Positions 38,446-53,794 are shown, numbered from the stretch's first letter. The stretch: 64,000 nucleotides of DNA from Octopus sinensis (GCF_006345805.1 NW_021833753.1:7263-71262), one strand, 5' to 3'. Notes: a model not told the origin generated them from the letters alone. Program-made: numbers and translations.

Positions 38446-40811
38446 AAGAAGTAGAAACATTATTATATATTTTTTAAAATTATTTTTATAATTTGTATAC
38501 AGGGTGCGCAAGATATTTGAGGACAATAAAAAAAAACATGTATAATTACAGATAATAATTGTTTTTATCAAAAATGCTATGAGGATACAAATAAACCTTT
38601 TCTATAATGTTATTTAATAAAGCCGCCTTCAGGTTCAACAAGTGCTTCTATATGAAATCTAAATCATCTACATGCTTCTGTTTTTGAGTCTTGAGTTCAA
38701 TTTCCGTTGAGATCGACTTTAACTTTCATCCTTCTGGTTCAATATCATAAGTACCAGTTGAGTGCTTGGGTCGATGTCATCAACTTTTGCACTCTCTCGA
38801 AGTTACTGGTCTTGTACTAAATTTTGAAGCCATTGTTAAAACATATCAATGTTATCATAAGCTTGTCCGTCGATCTTCACGTAGAGGAGGCAATTGTTCT
38901 ATCACTGGAACTACCTGCTCATTGAAATAGGGTGTAAATGGATGGCCATTCCACAGATACATGTACCCTTAAAGTAATCCGCAGACAGATTTAGCGTGGC
39001 GCAGAGAGACAAAGTTTGTATGTCTCAGTTACGGTGACTATCTCTCCGACCTGCTTCATTTTAGCCCGTCCATTGAATTTCAATTACAATGCGTTGATTC
39101 AGTACATCTATGCCACCCGTCTACTTAAAATAATGGTTTCAAATTTTCCTAGATTTGAAATTGTTTTTATTTTATCGATCGCAACAGGATGAAAGGTAAA
39201 GTAAACCGCGACGGAATTTGAACTCAGAACGTAAAGACGGACGAAATACCGCCAAGATTTTAGTCCAGTGTGTCTACGATTCAGCTACATCACCGCCTTA
39301 TATAGTTAGAGTAATAATTCTTACTCTAATTATTACTCTAGTTAGAGTAATAATTTGCAGAATGACAAAAATCCCATTATGTATTTATGACACTTAAAAC
39401 ACATTTTGTTTTCAAAGAACGTCTTAGAAAAGAAAAAAGAAATCACCCCTTCGTATACGTAAAGTTAGGTTTCCAATAAGCATTAACGCACTAAGCAAAT
39501 CTTTTCGTGAACATGGGGTGAGGAAAAGGAAGTGCATTAATGTGACCGTTGTGAAGTCACGTGGCCTAGCAGTGAAAGTGTTGGATTCATGATCGTGTTT
39601 TCGAATCCTGAATCGGGCAAAACGTTGTGTTTTTGAGCAAAACGTTGTGTTTTATATCGTTTCCCGTTGCTTCTCTCTACTCAGCTTGCAAAAATGAGTA
39701 ATCCTCCGCCGGGCCGGCGTCCCGTCCAGGTGGGGAATATATACACCATGACACCAAAGAAACCGGCCCTTGTGAGTCCGAATGACTCAAAAAGGTAGCT
39801 TCACCTTACCTTACTTATTAATGTACCCGTGCATCTTATATTCTTTGAAATAGGACAAATGTTTCAAGTACGTTGTCTGATAATGCATTATCAATGTAGA
39901 ACACACGTCCACGACTCAAACTGATGTTGTTGTAGATTTTTAAACACAGTTCATTCCTACACATAACAAAAAGGCGGAACGGGCGCCATTACACTGTGCA
40001 AAAATTACATGTCTACATCATCTGGGCTGACCCCTGGAGCTAAACAATTACAATAACGAAAAAATGTTTTACTTTTTTTTTTAAAAATTAAACAAACGAA
40101 AAGTAATTAGAATGAAGCCGAAAACTACAACAACAACAACAACAACTACTACTACTACAACAATAATAATAATGTAAACAACATCAACATAACTATGAGA
40201 TAAAGGAATCCTGAGCGAAACGAAATCAATTTAAAAATGAAAATGAAAATAAGCAAAACCCAAAATGAAAGACGTTATTAGAAAAACAAAGTTACTAAAA
40301 CCACAATTACGAAAACTAAACAAATTGTATAGACAAAACAAATATAGACAAACAAACACACAGACGATGAATAACAGAAAAAGTAAGCAGAGTAAAGCGC
40401 AATAACAACAACATGAATAGCGTTAAGGAAAGCTTTTATCTAAATTAGTTTAGTTTAACTAAAGAGATCGTGTTTTAATGTTGCGATATTCAAGAAAGTA
40501 CAGGGAGCAAGTAAGGAGGAAAAGAAAAAAAAAAGGTTATGGCTATGGTGGAGGTGGTGGTGGTTGTGGTGATGGTGGTGGTGGTGGTGGTGGTGGTGGG
40601 GTTCGCGGAGGGAATAAATAATGAAAGAAATTAAAACTTCTGGAAAAATTATGCCCAACCAATGTTGATAATGATGATGATGATGATGATGATAATAATA
40701 ATAATAATGAAGTTAGGAGAAACAGATTTAGATGTACACACATATAAGCGTCTATATTTATTTGTATGTATGCTTATATGTATACCCTTGGGTATATACA
40801 TGTATTAATAC

Positions 40812-40867
<56 letters not shown>

Positions 40868-40941
40868 GTGTGTATGTATATTCGCGTACATACGCATATA
40901 CGTACGCAAACACACACATATGTATACAAGCATTACACATA

Positions 40942-40975
<34 letters not shown>

Positions 40976-41022
40976 TATGTATGCATGTATGCCTACATGC
41001 ATACACACATATACATACATAC

Positions 41023-41128
<106 letters not shown>

Positions 41129-41261
41129 TCGGAAGATCATTTAAACGTCTCCATCAGAATTTTTGATATAGTTACCAATTCTGTTGTTTTTGTTTTTTAT
41201 TTTAATTTTTTAATTTGCCATAATGTTGCAATTGTAATTAGTTTTTGAAGAGTCTTTCCAT

Positions 41262-41398
41262 TCTTCTTCTTCTTCTTCTTCTTCTTCTTCTTCTTCTTCT
41301 TCTTCTTCTTCTTCTTCTTCTTCTTCTTCTTCTTCTTCTTCTTCTTCTTCTTCTTCTTCTTCTTCTTCTTCTTCTTCTTCTTCTTCTTCTTCTTCTTC
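41262..41398. repeat. Pure (CTT)n microsatellite
   Basis: Directly visible, ~45 units. Confidence 0.95.
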
Positions 41399-42341
41399 CT
41401 CCTCTCAATTGTCTTCAAAATGGCGTTATTTGTTTTCTTTGAAAGTATGTCTCCTTTTTTTCTAATTTTTCTTTTTAATCTTAGATTAGTTCAGATATAT
41501 TTTCCTACACAGTGTCCTCTTGGAAAATTCAGATTTCATCACATCACTCTCTTTCACGTCAAACGAATTATTTTCTTTGTGAGAGATCGTATTTTCTTTT
41601 CATCTTATACTTCTTTCAGCCATTGGAATGCCGCTCTGCTATAGCACCTCCCTGAAGGGTTCAGTCGAATAAATCTACTCCAGTTCTTATTTAAAAACAA
41701 AAAAAACACTGTTATTATTCTACCGGTTTCTACGTTACCACTATGTTACGGTGATGTAAGCAGACCGACCCCCTTTAAGGCTGATATGGAGCGAAATATC
41801 AGCATTAATAAGAAATGATTCATACACATTTTTATTTATTCTCACAAGTTTCTCAACCAAATTTGGTTGACCAGGCATGCCTAGATGTAAGCTAGGCTGT
41901 GCGGTTATGCTTCATTCCGCGTCATTTTTGCCAGGTGTCTTCTATTATAATTCGATGGCTGACCAATATCATGTGAGAGAACTTAATTGCGAGAAATTGT
42001 GTGGAAGCTCGACTTATGTCAGTAACTATAAGTATGTTTGGCAGTCTCTGTGATCAAACCTTCTCCAGCCACTCTTTCTATTTCACTAACTTAGCAGCTC
42101 AGCAACTGACAGAATAGCAACCTAACTTAAGTAATAGAACTGGTCGTTTTCTTTCGATAATTTTTTCAAAATGGTGTACCAGCATGGCCGTTGCTCAGTT
42201 ACTGAAACTAGTGAAGAAGAGATAAATTTTGTTGTCGATGACTATCTTAATATTGCTCTCTATAATATACTCTATAAACTGAAGTAGACCTATATATATA
42301 TAAATATACACACACATATATATATATACATATATGTACGT

Positions 42342-42392
<51 letters not shown>

Positions 42393-43602
42393 AGAGCCTA
42401 TACTGCTCAGTGCAGTCCATTTCTAAAGAAAAACGCATGGTAACATCAGTGCTAGTTGGTCACAGTTCTTAGCAAGTTCAGCTTAAACATAGAATCTCCT
42501 TCGATAAATTCTGTATATTTCCAGTATATTTACTGTTGTTGTTGTTGTTTGATTTTCAGTTAAGTCATGTTGCATTTGGTATTTCTTGTTTCGTAACTTG
42601 TGCTTTGGTGTTCCTGGAAGGTAAAAATGGCGCTAATTCGCATTGAGGAAAAAATCTGTATTTTTATAATAAACAGAGACGTTATTTCCCTACTTGTCAT
42701 CCGTATATTTTATGCAGATTTTTCAGAAAATATTATTAGCATGTTGCCATTTTCATGACATACTTTATACTTAATATTCCATAATATTTTTGCAACAAAT
42801 AACCACTAAATTTGTCTCACACCACCCGCCACCTCGTCTTCCATATCTCTCAGAAAATACGCATACGTATGTACATACATAGATACACACACACACACAC
42901 ACACACACACAGATTTGTATATATATGTATATATATACATATATCAACATATAAATTGATATATATGAATTTATACATACTCATAAATGTATATATATAT
43001 ATATATATACACACACATGTATATTTGTGGATGTATATATATGTATGTGCGTGTGTCCGTGTGTATGTGCTGTGTGTGTGTATCAGCGTGTGTGTGTATG
43101 TATATCTGAGTGCTTGTGCGTGTGTATGTGTATCTGTGTGTGTGTGTGCGTGTGTGCGTGTGTGAATATTGCTAAAATTAAATGCATTTGCATAACCGTT
43201 TAATGCATTTTATAATGTAGCGGTGTATATACGCAGGCAATTGAATTAATATACATATATAAATGCATAGAAACCTACAAACACACAGGTACCTACAAGC
43301 ATGCGTACACCACATAGACGCATGCACACAAATATAATTTTTTCCATAATCCTTTATGGTTTCACAAGCATCGTCGGGGAAATATAGTTGATGGTTAAGA
43401 TGGTGATGCCGGTGATAATTCGATGATGATGATGGTGATGGTGGTGGTGGTGGTGATGGTGGTGGTGGTGGTGGTGGTGGTGGTGGTGATGGTGACGACG
43501 GCAAAGACTACAGCGACGACGCCTGCAACAACGGACATAAACGTTGTTGGTTAAACGTGTGATACGAAATATACAGCTTTTAGCATTCTACTTTCAGGTT
43601 AC

Positions 43603-43660
<58 letters not shown>

Positions 43661-43712
43661 ACACATACACACACATACATTCCCCCACACAGATACACTC
43701 ACACTCATACAC

Positions 43713-43760
<48 letters not shown>

Positions 43761-44621
43761 GTATGTGTATATATTATATGCATGCTGTCGTGTGTTTGTG
43801 TGTGCCTGTATGTTTTTGTGTACATGTGTAAAATCCTATGACTATATCTAATAGCTACTCACGTTTTTTTTTAAAGGAGAGCGATGTTACAGCTTGCCTA
43901 TTTTAGTTGCTATTTTTAGCAGGTTAGTATCGTTGCATTAATCATCTATGTGAAACAGAATTTTTGGGACCAAGAACGATAGCATCAGATTCCAAGACGA
44001 TCATGTATCGTCGTATTTCCTGCCACTAACAATGAGAAAAGCACCGTTTCATTCATCGAAGAATTGGAAATTCTTCGATCGATGATGTCCCAATACAGAT
44101 AGCTGTTGTTGTAAAGCTAGTAACATTCTCTTACTATTCCTTTCGCCTCTCGTCCAGATGAAGAATCATCTGCTAACGATTCTGCCAGATCGTCGCCCAA
44201 GACGTATTTCAAAATTGGTTCCAAAGTTTTGTGCGAAGCTAGTAATTGTGTGTGGCGTGGGGGTTGTAGATTCAAGTCAATTGCATCATCAGAAAATGGA
44301 ATTCCTGCGATACGTTATTCAAAATCACTACAATTGTTTCGGGACCTCCTAGCGCAGCGTATGTCACTGATCTAGCCCGAGGGTATATATATACCCACAT
44401 TGCAGATCGAATCCGGCGTTTTCAGGAAAGGGGTAGACTATATAAGGACAACGGTCTCTTCATACTAGGTAGGTGCATTAAAGCATAAATTGGAGAGATA
44501 TAGGAAGCAACTTTTCATGCAAGATTTACATCAAATTAGGATATGATCTGAAAAAGTTCCATAAGTCAATCGAGAACCTGAGGTATATAAATGCAACGTC
44601 TAATCACTCTTCTACCTATTG

Positions 44622-44659
<38 letters not shown>

Positions 44660-44927
44660 TTATATATATATATATATATACGTAATTCTTTTATTCTTTT
44701 ACTTGTTTCAGTCATTTGACTGCGGCCATGTGGAGCACCAGATTTCAGGGTTGTAGTCGAAGAAATCGACCACAGGACTTACTCTTTGTAAACCTAGTAC
44801 TGATGCTATAGGTGTCTTTTGTTACGGTGGCATAAACAGACCAACATCGGTTGTTAAGCGATGGTGGAAGGGACAAACACAAACATAAAGACGCACATAT
44901 ACATAAATACATATATATATATATGTG

Positions 44928-44979
<52 letters not shown>

Positions 44980-45343
44980 TATATAAAGACGTATATAAGT
45001 TGCAAGGATCTGAATGCACGAAGCTTGTAAAACGCGTGCAGTCCGTGACAAGAATATAAAACAACGTTCAAGAACAATAATAACTTATTGGCGTCGAAGG
45101 TTGTAAGCTTTTCCCATATTGAATTTCGTTGAATTTCGATAAGCTCAAAAAATATTTTTATAGCGAACGGTTTGCAACTTCAGTTGCTCTGAATGCAAAT
45201 AAATATCGAAATTGATAGGGTGGTGCAGGTAAAATCTCGTCTACCTATGTTTCCCAGTAGCAGATCCTCTGATGCAATAAATATTCAATGAGGCTACCTA
45301 GCTGCTAATCAGGCCGAAGATGCTCTTATATCCATCTATCTAT

Positions 45344-45443
<100 letters not shown>

Positions 45444-45999
45444 ATGTATGCATATTATACATACACACACACACATATATATATATATACATATACATAT
45501 ATACATATGCATATATGTATATATAAGTATATAACAATATATATAACAATATATATATATATATATATATAAAGAGAGAGGTTTTCTTTAAGTATTAGAA
45601 ATAGTTTTTAAAAAGTTTTTTTAGCTGCTATTTCTAATGAGTTCAGTATGCGGCAAAGTAATTTATTTTACTAAGCCCTTTTATATAATGTAATAATTTG
45701 AATTCGCCTTAAATGGTCCCTTTGCATACTGAATACTTGGTGAATTGATTAATTAATTAATTTTACCCTCAATTGTTGAAATTATAATTCATCTCTCTCT
45801 ATTTAATGCCTCGGATTTTACCGAAAAAAGCATAGTGTTTGCTGATTTTAACGCGACGCTGGTGGAAAGGGGAGAGCAGAAATTCTTCGCTTGCATATTT
45901 GAGTTTGCTGGCACTGTTAGTTTCGAGCAGATCTTCAGAAGCGATAAGAAGCCGAAAGGATATGCTCCCACTTTCAGTGTTTTCAAATCCAAACCAGGG

Positions 46000-46064
46000 A
46001 GTTCTGAGCTGATGATAGAAGTGTCGAGTTTGACTAATCTTGAAACGTACGTTCTCAAATAACC
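46000..46064 (+). ncRNA. Type I hammerhead-like motif (imperfect stem II)
   Basis: Stem I TGAG/CTCA; CTGATGA 46009-46015; stem II AGA..GTC/GAC..TCT with a T-T base; GAAA 46042-46045; palindromic stem III ACGTACGT; GUU triplet 46051-46053. Confidence 0.65.
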
Positions 46065-46551
46065 TTTGCATTTGATTTTTTAATGTCTCTACCCCCATAC
46101 TTTCGTGGGTTGAATTGAGCAAGCACTATATGAGAGAGGTTTTCTTTAAGTATTAGAAATAGTTTTAAAAAAGTTTTTTTAGCTGCTATTTCTAATGAGT
46201 TCAGTATGCGGCAAAGTAATTTATTTTACTAAGCCCTTTTATATAATGTAATAATTTGAATTCGCCTTAAATGGTCCCTTTGCATACTGAATACTTGGTG
46301 AAATTGATTAATTAATTAATTTTACCCTCAATTGTTGAAATTATAATTCATCTCTCTATATTTAATGCCTCGGATTTTACCGAAAAACATAGTGGTTTGC
46401 TGATTTTAACCCACGCTGGTGGAAAGGGGAAGCAGAAATTCTTCGCTTGCATATTTGAGTTTGCTGGCACTGTTAGTTTCGAGCAGATCTCAGAAGCGAT
46501 AAGAAGCCGAAGGATATGCTCCCACTTTCAGTGTTTTCAAACAAACCAGGG

Positions 46552-46616
46552 AGTTCTGAGCTGATGATAGAAGTGTCGAGTTTGACTAATCTTGAAACGT
46601 ACGTTCTCAAATAACC
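46552..46616 (+). ncRNA. Type I hammerhead-like motif (copy 2)
   Basis: Identical motif; CTGATGA 46561, GAAA 46594, GUU 46603-46605. Confidence 0.65.
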
Positions 46617-47111
46617 TTTGCATTTGATTTTTTAATGTCTCTACCCCTACTTTCGTGGGTTGAATTGAGCAAGCACTATATGAGAGAGGTTTGTTTTTCT
46701 TAAGTATTAGAAATAGTTTTAAAAAAGTTTTTTTAGTGCTATTTCTAATGAGTTCAGTATGGCGGCAAAGTAATTTATTTTACTAAGCCCTTTTATATAA
46801 TGTAATAATTTGAATTCGCCTTAAATGGTCCCTTTGCATACTGAATACTTGGTGAAATTGATTAATTAATTAATTTTACCCTCAATTGTTGAAATTATAA
46901 TTCATCTCTCTCTATTTAATAATGCCTCGGATTTTACCGAAAAAAGCATAGTGTTTGCTGATTTTAACCCACGCTGTGGAAAGGGGAGAGCAGAAATTCT
47001 TCGCTTGCATATTTGAGTTTGCTGGCACTGTTAGTTTCGAGCAGATCTTCAGAAGCGATAAGAAGCCGAAAGGGTATGCTCCCACTTTCAGTGTTTTCAA
47101 ATCCAACCAGG

Positions 47112-47177
47112 GAGTTCTGAGCTGATGATAGAAGTGTCGAGTTTGACTAATCTTGAAACGTACGTTCTCAAATAACC
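47112..47177 (+). ncRNA. Type I hammerhead-like motif (copy 3)
   Basis: Identical motif; CTGATGA 47122, GAAA 47155, GUU 47164-47166. Confidence 0.65.
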
Positions 47178-47458
47178 TTTGCATTTGATTTTTTAATGTC
47201 TCTAAACACCCATACTTTCGTGGGTTGAATTGGGCAAGCACTATATGAGAGAGGTTTTCTTTAAGTATTAGAAATAGTTTTAAAGTTTTTTTAGCTGCTA
47301 TTTCTAATGAGTTCAGTATGCGGCAAAGTAATTTATTTTACTAAGCCCTTTTATATAATGTAATATTTGAATTCGCCTTAAATGGTCCCTTTGCATACTG
47401 AATACTTGGTGAAATTGATTAATTAATTAATTTTACCCTCATTGTTGAAATGATATAT

Positions 47459-47494
<36 letters not shown>

Positions 47495-48447
47495 ACAATA
47501 TATTTATATATAAATACATAACAAAAGGTGTTGTATTTTCACGCGGGAAAATACAGGAAAATTTGTTGTTGGAAATGCAACTGAATTTGAAAAACCTGTA
47601 ATTGTTTTTAAATAAATTTATTTACATACATACCAATCTATTTACAACAATATCATTTGTTGGTAACAATTTTAAATTGCGAAGTAGAAAAACTTGTTTA
47701 AAAGATTCAATTTTTACAAGATTCAATAATGTGAAATAGGATTTAAGTGTTCACAATATTCAATAATAAAAAAATGTGGATTATTGTGTTTAAATGCAGA
47801 AAATTCAATAGTGTTACAAGCGATTGATAAGAAAAGCGGATGACCAAAGGTTCGATAATCCGGAGTTAAAAGGGAGAAAAACAATGGAGAAATGAAGACA
47901 GTAAAAAACGAGGGTGTTGTTAAAGGATCTGGGATGCCTTTTCCGTCGCCTTATTACTCTGGTGAACGGTCATTTGGTTGTATTTACTAAAGTTGTTTTG
48001 ATCGGAGGTAAAATACCATTGGGCTAGAGTTTGGTGACGTCAGCAACTAGTGTTTTTTATGGTGAATTACAGTTGTGGTTTCGAAACCCGCTTGGAAGAC
48101 TGATATCAACGTTTAAATTATGTCTGTTGTATCTGGGTGTTTTTTTTTCTGTGGTAAAATTGTTTTTTGCCTTTTTCTTTTTAGTGTTTATTCTACTTTC
48201 TAAAAGATATTCGGTCATGGATACATACATACAAACACACACCCATACACACACACGCCCACACCCACACACACACACACCCACACTTATATATATATAT
48301 ATATATACATACACACCTACACACATTTATATATATATATATGAATACATACACACATGCATACACACATACACATACCTACATATATATGTAGATATAT
48401 CGAAATAACTATATGCATATATATCTATATGTATATATTATGTATGT

Positions 48448-48478
<31 letters not shown>

Positions 48479-48575
48479 ACATACATTTATATGTATATTT
48501 ATATCATGTGTATTAACATATAAACGTGTATGCCATATATATATATATATATGTATAGATGTACATATAATATAT

Positions 48576-48657
<82 letters not shown>

Positions 48658-49169
48658 CGATATGCATATAATATGAAATTATAATATACACTATAAATTA
48701 TACGAAAGCAGAGAGCGGTCTCTGGGAAGGGAATTTGCTTTTAGTTTGATGGTCGAGTATCCTATTTATCACGACAGACTTACACACCACACATCGTTTC
48801 ACATCAACAGAACAACCAATAATACAACAGGCACCACCATCACCATCACCGCCGTCGCCGCCAACACCAGCAGCAACAACAAACGTAACGTAGCCGCACA
48901 CAATATAATATAAATTATCAAAAGATTGGAAACTATATTTTCTCACATAATAAATTTGAATATTAATGAAGTATTTAAGTGTTTTCACTTCCTGATTTTT
49001 TAAACTTTATCTTTTGCTATCTAAGCTTTGCGTTATTTTTAGAAAAAACTAAAACAAAGTCACAATGTGTTGCATTAAATTGTTTCTCTGCATCTTTGTT
49101 GTCTAAGTTGTTTTATAAAAAATATATTAGTTTTATTACCAGTGGAGTGGTTTTTGCTGTCCATATTTT

Positions 49170-49261
49170 TATTATTATAATTATTATCATTATTATTGTT
49201 GTTGTTGTTGTTATTATTATTATTATTATTATCATTATTATTAATATTATTATTATTATTA

Positions 49262-49310
<49 letters not shown>

Positions 49311-49378
49311 TATTATTATAATTATTATTATTATTATTATTGTTATTATTATTATTATTATTTTATTATTATTATTAA

Positions 49379-49412
<34 letters not shown>

Positions 49413-49473
49413 TTGTTATTATTATTATTATTCTTACTATTATTATTATTATTATTATATATTATATTATTAG

Positions 49474-49524
<51 letters not shown>

Positions 49525-49525
49525 T
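49170..49525. repeat. Long (ATT)n microsatellite
   Basis: Directly visible. Confidence 0.95.
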
Positions 49526-49529
49526 TAAG

Positions 49530-50590
49530 GCCGTGAGCTGGCAGAATCGTTAGCACGCCGGGAAAAATTGTTAGAGGTATTCCTCTGTCGGTACGTTCTG
49601 AGTTCAAATGCCGCCGAGGTCGACTTTGCCTTTCAACCTTTCGGCGTCGATAAATCATATACCAGCTGAACACAGGGGCCGACTTAATCACTTCCCCCAA
49701 AACGGCTGCCCTTGTGGAAAATTTGAAAATATTATTAGTTTTTATTATGATTATTATCATTCTTGCTGTTGCTGTTGTTGTTGTTGTTCTTTTTTTTTCT
49801 TCTTCTTCTTTTCCCTTCTCTCTTCTTCTTCTTCTTCTTCTTCTTCTTCTTCTTCTTCTTCTTCTTCTTCTTCTTCTCTCTTCTCTTTTCTTCTTCTTCT
49901 TCTTCTTCTCCTTCTTCTTCTTCTTCGTCTTGTTGTTATTGTTCTTCTTCTTATTATTATTTAGGCGGTGAGCTGGCAGAACCGTTAGCACACCGGGCGA
50001 TATCCTTAGTGATATTTCGTCTGTCGGTACGTTCTGAGTTCAAATTCCGTCGAGGTCGATTTTCCTTTCATCCTACAGCGATCGATAAATTAATTACCAT
50101 TTGAACACTGGTACTAATTCTATTGATTTATTGTAATCGACTTCTCCCGCTTCCCTAAGCTGCCCTTGAAGCAGAATAATGGAGATCATAATTATCATCA
50201 TCATAATCAAGGCGGCGAACTGTTTCAATAGTTAGCACGCCGGGCGAAAGGCTTTGCGGTATTTCGTCCGCCGCTGCGTTCTGAGCTCAAATTCCGCCGA
50301 TGTCGACTTTGTCTTTCATCCTTTCGGGGTCGATAAATTAAGTACCAGTTACACACTGGTGTCGATGAAGTCGACTTAATCCGTTTGTCTGTCCTTGTTT
50401 GTCCCCTCTGTGTTAAGCCCCTTGTAGGTAGTAAAGAAATAGGTATTTCGTCTGTTGCTACGTTCTGAGTAGATGTTCTGTCGAGGCGTATAGAGTATCG
50501 GAGTTGACAAATAAGTTGAGCCTTGAGGTCAATGTAATCGACTCGTCCCCTCCACGAAAATGGTTGCTCCTGAGGCAAAACTCCAAACCA
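49530..50590 (+). mobile_element. Head-to-tail cluster of family A SINEs (starts ~49530, ~49963, ~50211)
   Basis: Three ggcg(g/t)gagctggcagaa-type heads; the 50211 copy has the long tail ending gtagtaaagaaata (~50442). Confidence 0.85.
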
Positions 50591-50599
50591 TTATTATTA

Positions 50600-51150
50600 T
50601 TATCCTTTTTTTAACTTTTCACCTGCATCTTCGTTACAGTCACTTGCTGAGACACACCTAGCGTCCTGGGGGGGAGTGAAGGATAAGGGATGTTATAATA
50701 TGACTGAAACATTGAGATGGGAGGTAATGAAATATCTTCATGTAATACAACACAGACGTGTAAATGGATAGGGTTTTTCTAAGGATGTGGGCAGTATTTA
50801 TCAGTACAATCTTTTGGATTTATCTGTGACATGGTTTTCCTGGGACCTTATCTAGATGTTTCTGACATACCTTTCCTATCATACATAGGGCATCTACAGT
50901 AACAGGAACAGTTACCTTCTTCAGATGCCACGCCTCTTTTATTTCAATTTCAAGATCCTTATATTTACATAGTTTGAAAAATTCCATGACAAATATATAT
51001 CTATCTGTGGGAACACATACATCTATTAGTACAAGTATTTTCTTCCTCTCTTTAATAATTATATCTGGACATTTAGCCTGTATCGTTCTGTCAGTGTTGA
51101 CTGGAAAATCCCAGAGGATTATGACATTTTTAACTTCAACAACTGGTTAA
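50600..51150 (-). mobile_element. R4/Dong-like LINE 3' fragment (REL endonuclease domain)
   Basis: Reverse translation ILWDFPVNTDRTIQAKCPDIII...LIDVCVPTD / KYKDLEIEIKEAWHLKKVTVPVTVDAL...IQKIVLINTAHILRKTLSI. Confidence 0.88.
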
Positions 51151-51308
51151 GGATGATGTTCGTATTAGTAAATAGGAGTACAGATTTTGTAGTGTTTACG
51201 TATTTTCCAATGTAAATACTGTCCTACCTTATCGTGGCGATTTTTACATAGGTCAGCACAGGACATCACAAGAGGAGATGATCTATTGTTTCGTCGACGT
51301 CATCATCA

Positions 51309-51373
<65 letters not shown>

Positions 51374-51531
51374 GCGTGAGAGTGCAGTGCACGCCATCAA
51401 AGTGACACTGGGGTAAAATATACGAAGCCCAGTATACCCACCATGACTACCCGTCGGATAAGGGTACACTAGGTACATGCATCACAACCATATGTGCGCG
51501 ACAGGTGGGGACCAGTTAGAATTTTCTTGTG

Positions 51532-51638
<107 letters not shown>

Positions 51639-52084
51639 TCGGAGGTTCACCGGGCTAACTCTAAATTTCGTCTGTCGTTAGTCACTGTGTTCAAGTTCCA
51701 CGGAGGTCAACATAGTCTTTGAACATTTCAAATTCGATGAGCACATGGATCAATGAGCACAAGGGTCGGCCTGCATGAACACAGGGGCCGATTAGGTCGA
51801 GTGCTCGCCTCCCACAAAATTTCATGCCTTCAGCCTATAGTAGAAAGGAATACTATCATTATCGACGTTAGTTGATAATAATAATCCGAAGTAGTTGTTG
51901 ACGAGGATGTTGTTCTTCGTTGTGGATTCTCACTCGTTATTTTAAGTTGTTTTCGAACAAGTGCCGTTTTATTTGTGCAGACACTTGTCTATTCTAAAAC
52001 ATGAGCTACACCGTGTATTGTGTATCCCCATATATATACATATATAGCTACACATACCCACACTCATATACATCCATCGATATA

Positions 52085-52320
<236 letters not shown>

Positions 52321-52599
52321 CAGAATAGTTCATATAATATACATAATGCGCGTTTGCTATTGATATTTGTATACTTAATCTCTTTTTTTTTTTGTATTAA
52401 TAATTATCATAATTGTTTTGATTTCATAATACCTATTACTTTTATCAAACGATATTAAATGCCTGAAAGGAAAAACAAATACAAAAATACAAAAAATACA
52501 ATATATTTTGGCAATGTAAGAATTTAAGCAAATTATGTAAAGTTATATAAAAATGGAAAATAAATTGTCAGAATGTGTTGTTGCCGACTGGGTCTTTTA

Positions 52600-52784
52600 G
52601 TTTACTCTTTTAATCTTTTAATTGTTTTTATATTCCGACTGCGGCCATGCGGGTGCACCGCCTTTAGTCGAGCAAGTCGATTCCGGGACTTATACTATTG
52701 GTCTCCTTTGCCGAACCGCTTGGTTATGGGGACGTAAACACACCAGTATTGGTTGACAAGTGATGCTGGGGGGACAAATACAGA

Positions 52785-52842
<58 letters not shown>

Positions 52843-53053
52843 CACACACACGCACACACACATATATATATATATATATATACGTATATACAACGGGCTT
52901 CTCTCAGTTTCTGCCTACCAAATCCACCTGCAAGGCTTTGGTCGGCCCGCGGCTATAGAAGAAGACACTGGCCTAATGTGCCACGCAGTGGAACTGACCC
53001 CGGAACCATGTGGTTGGGAAGCCAGCTTCTTACCACACAGCCACTCCTGCGCC
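52600..53053 (-). mobile_element. Near full-length SINE family B
   Basis: Same organisation as 11117-11521. Confidence 0.85.
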
Positions 53054-53459
53054 TATTTATTTAATCATTTAAGAAGGGGAATGTTTTCTCATAATAGCAG
53101 ACGATAATTAATATAACCTATATAAGATAATGCCCTATCTTTTCCCTTTTCTTTCCAATTGTTTACATACCATTACATCTGTTGCTTATCTTTGCACCGC
53201 CATTTGTCAGAGAATTTCGATGTTTCAAACATTTTCACACGTTCCGAAACTGTAATTAACACACCTTTGATATTTTCTTGATAAAGATCATTTGCTTGTT
53301 GTTGTTGTTGTTGTTGTTGTTTTTCTTCTTCTTCTTCTTCTTCTTCTTCTTCTTCTTCTTCTTCTTCTTCTTCTTCTTCTTCTTCTTCTCCTCCTTCTTC
53401 TCCTTTTCCTCCTCCTTCCTCTCCTCCTCCTCCTCCTCCTCCTCCTCCTCCTTCTTCTT

Positions 53460-53490
<31 letters not shown>

Positions 53491-53755
53491 TTATTATTAT
53501 TATTATCTTTATTAGGGTGATGGTGTGGCAGTATCGTCACCGGAAAAATTCTTTTGGGGCCCTTCTTCCGACAGTGCCTTCTGAGTTCAAATACTACCAG
53601 GGTCGGCATTGCCTTTACCCCCTTTTAAACGGGTCGATACAATGAGTACGACCTAAAGAATGGGGTCCATATAATCGTCTTATCCCTCACTCCTTACATT
53701 TATGACCTTATGCCAAAGTTTGAAACCATTATCATTATTATTATTATTATTATTA

Positions 53756-53794
<39 letters not shown>

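Larger units (their letters stand above)
45572..47450 (+). repeat. Hammerhead-motif-bearing ~555-bp tandem array (~3.4 units) in (TA)n
   Basis: Units start with gagagaggtttt at ~45574, 46132, 46682 and 47247; TA runs flank both ends. Confidence 0.92.

Noticed and set aside
43985-44350. Protein-like minus-strand frame (RIAGIPFSDDAIDLNLQPP...LGDDLAESLA)
   Set aside because: It has two in-frame stops, and part of it is a family A SINE head (ggcgacgatctggcagaatcgttagca), so the resemblance is probably coincidental.
45789-47241. ORFs within the 555-bp array
   Set aside because: They are short, broken differently in each unit, and show no recognisable RT or GIY-YIG motif.
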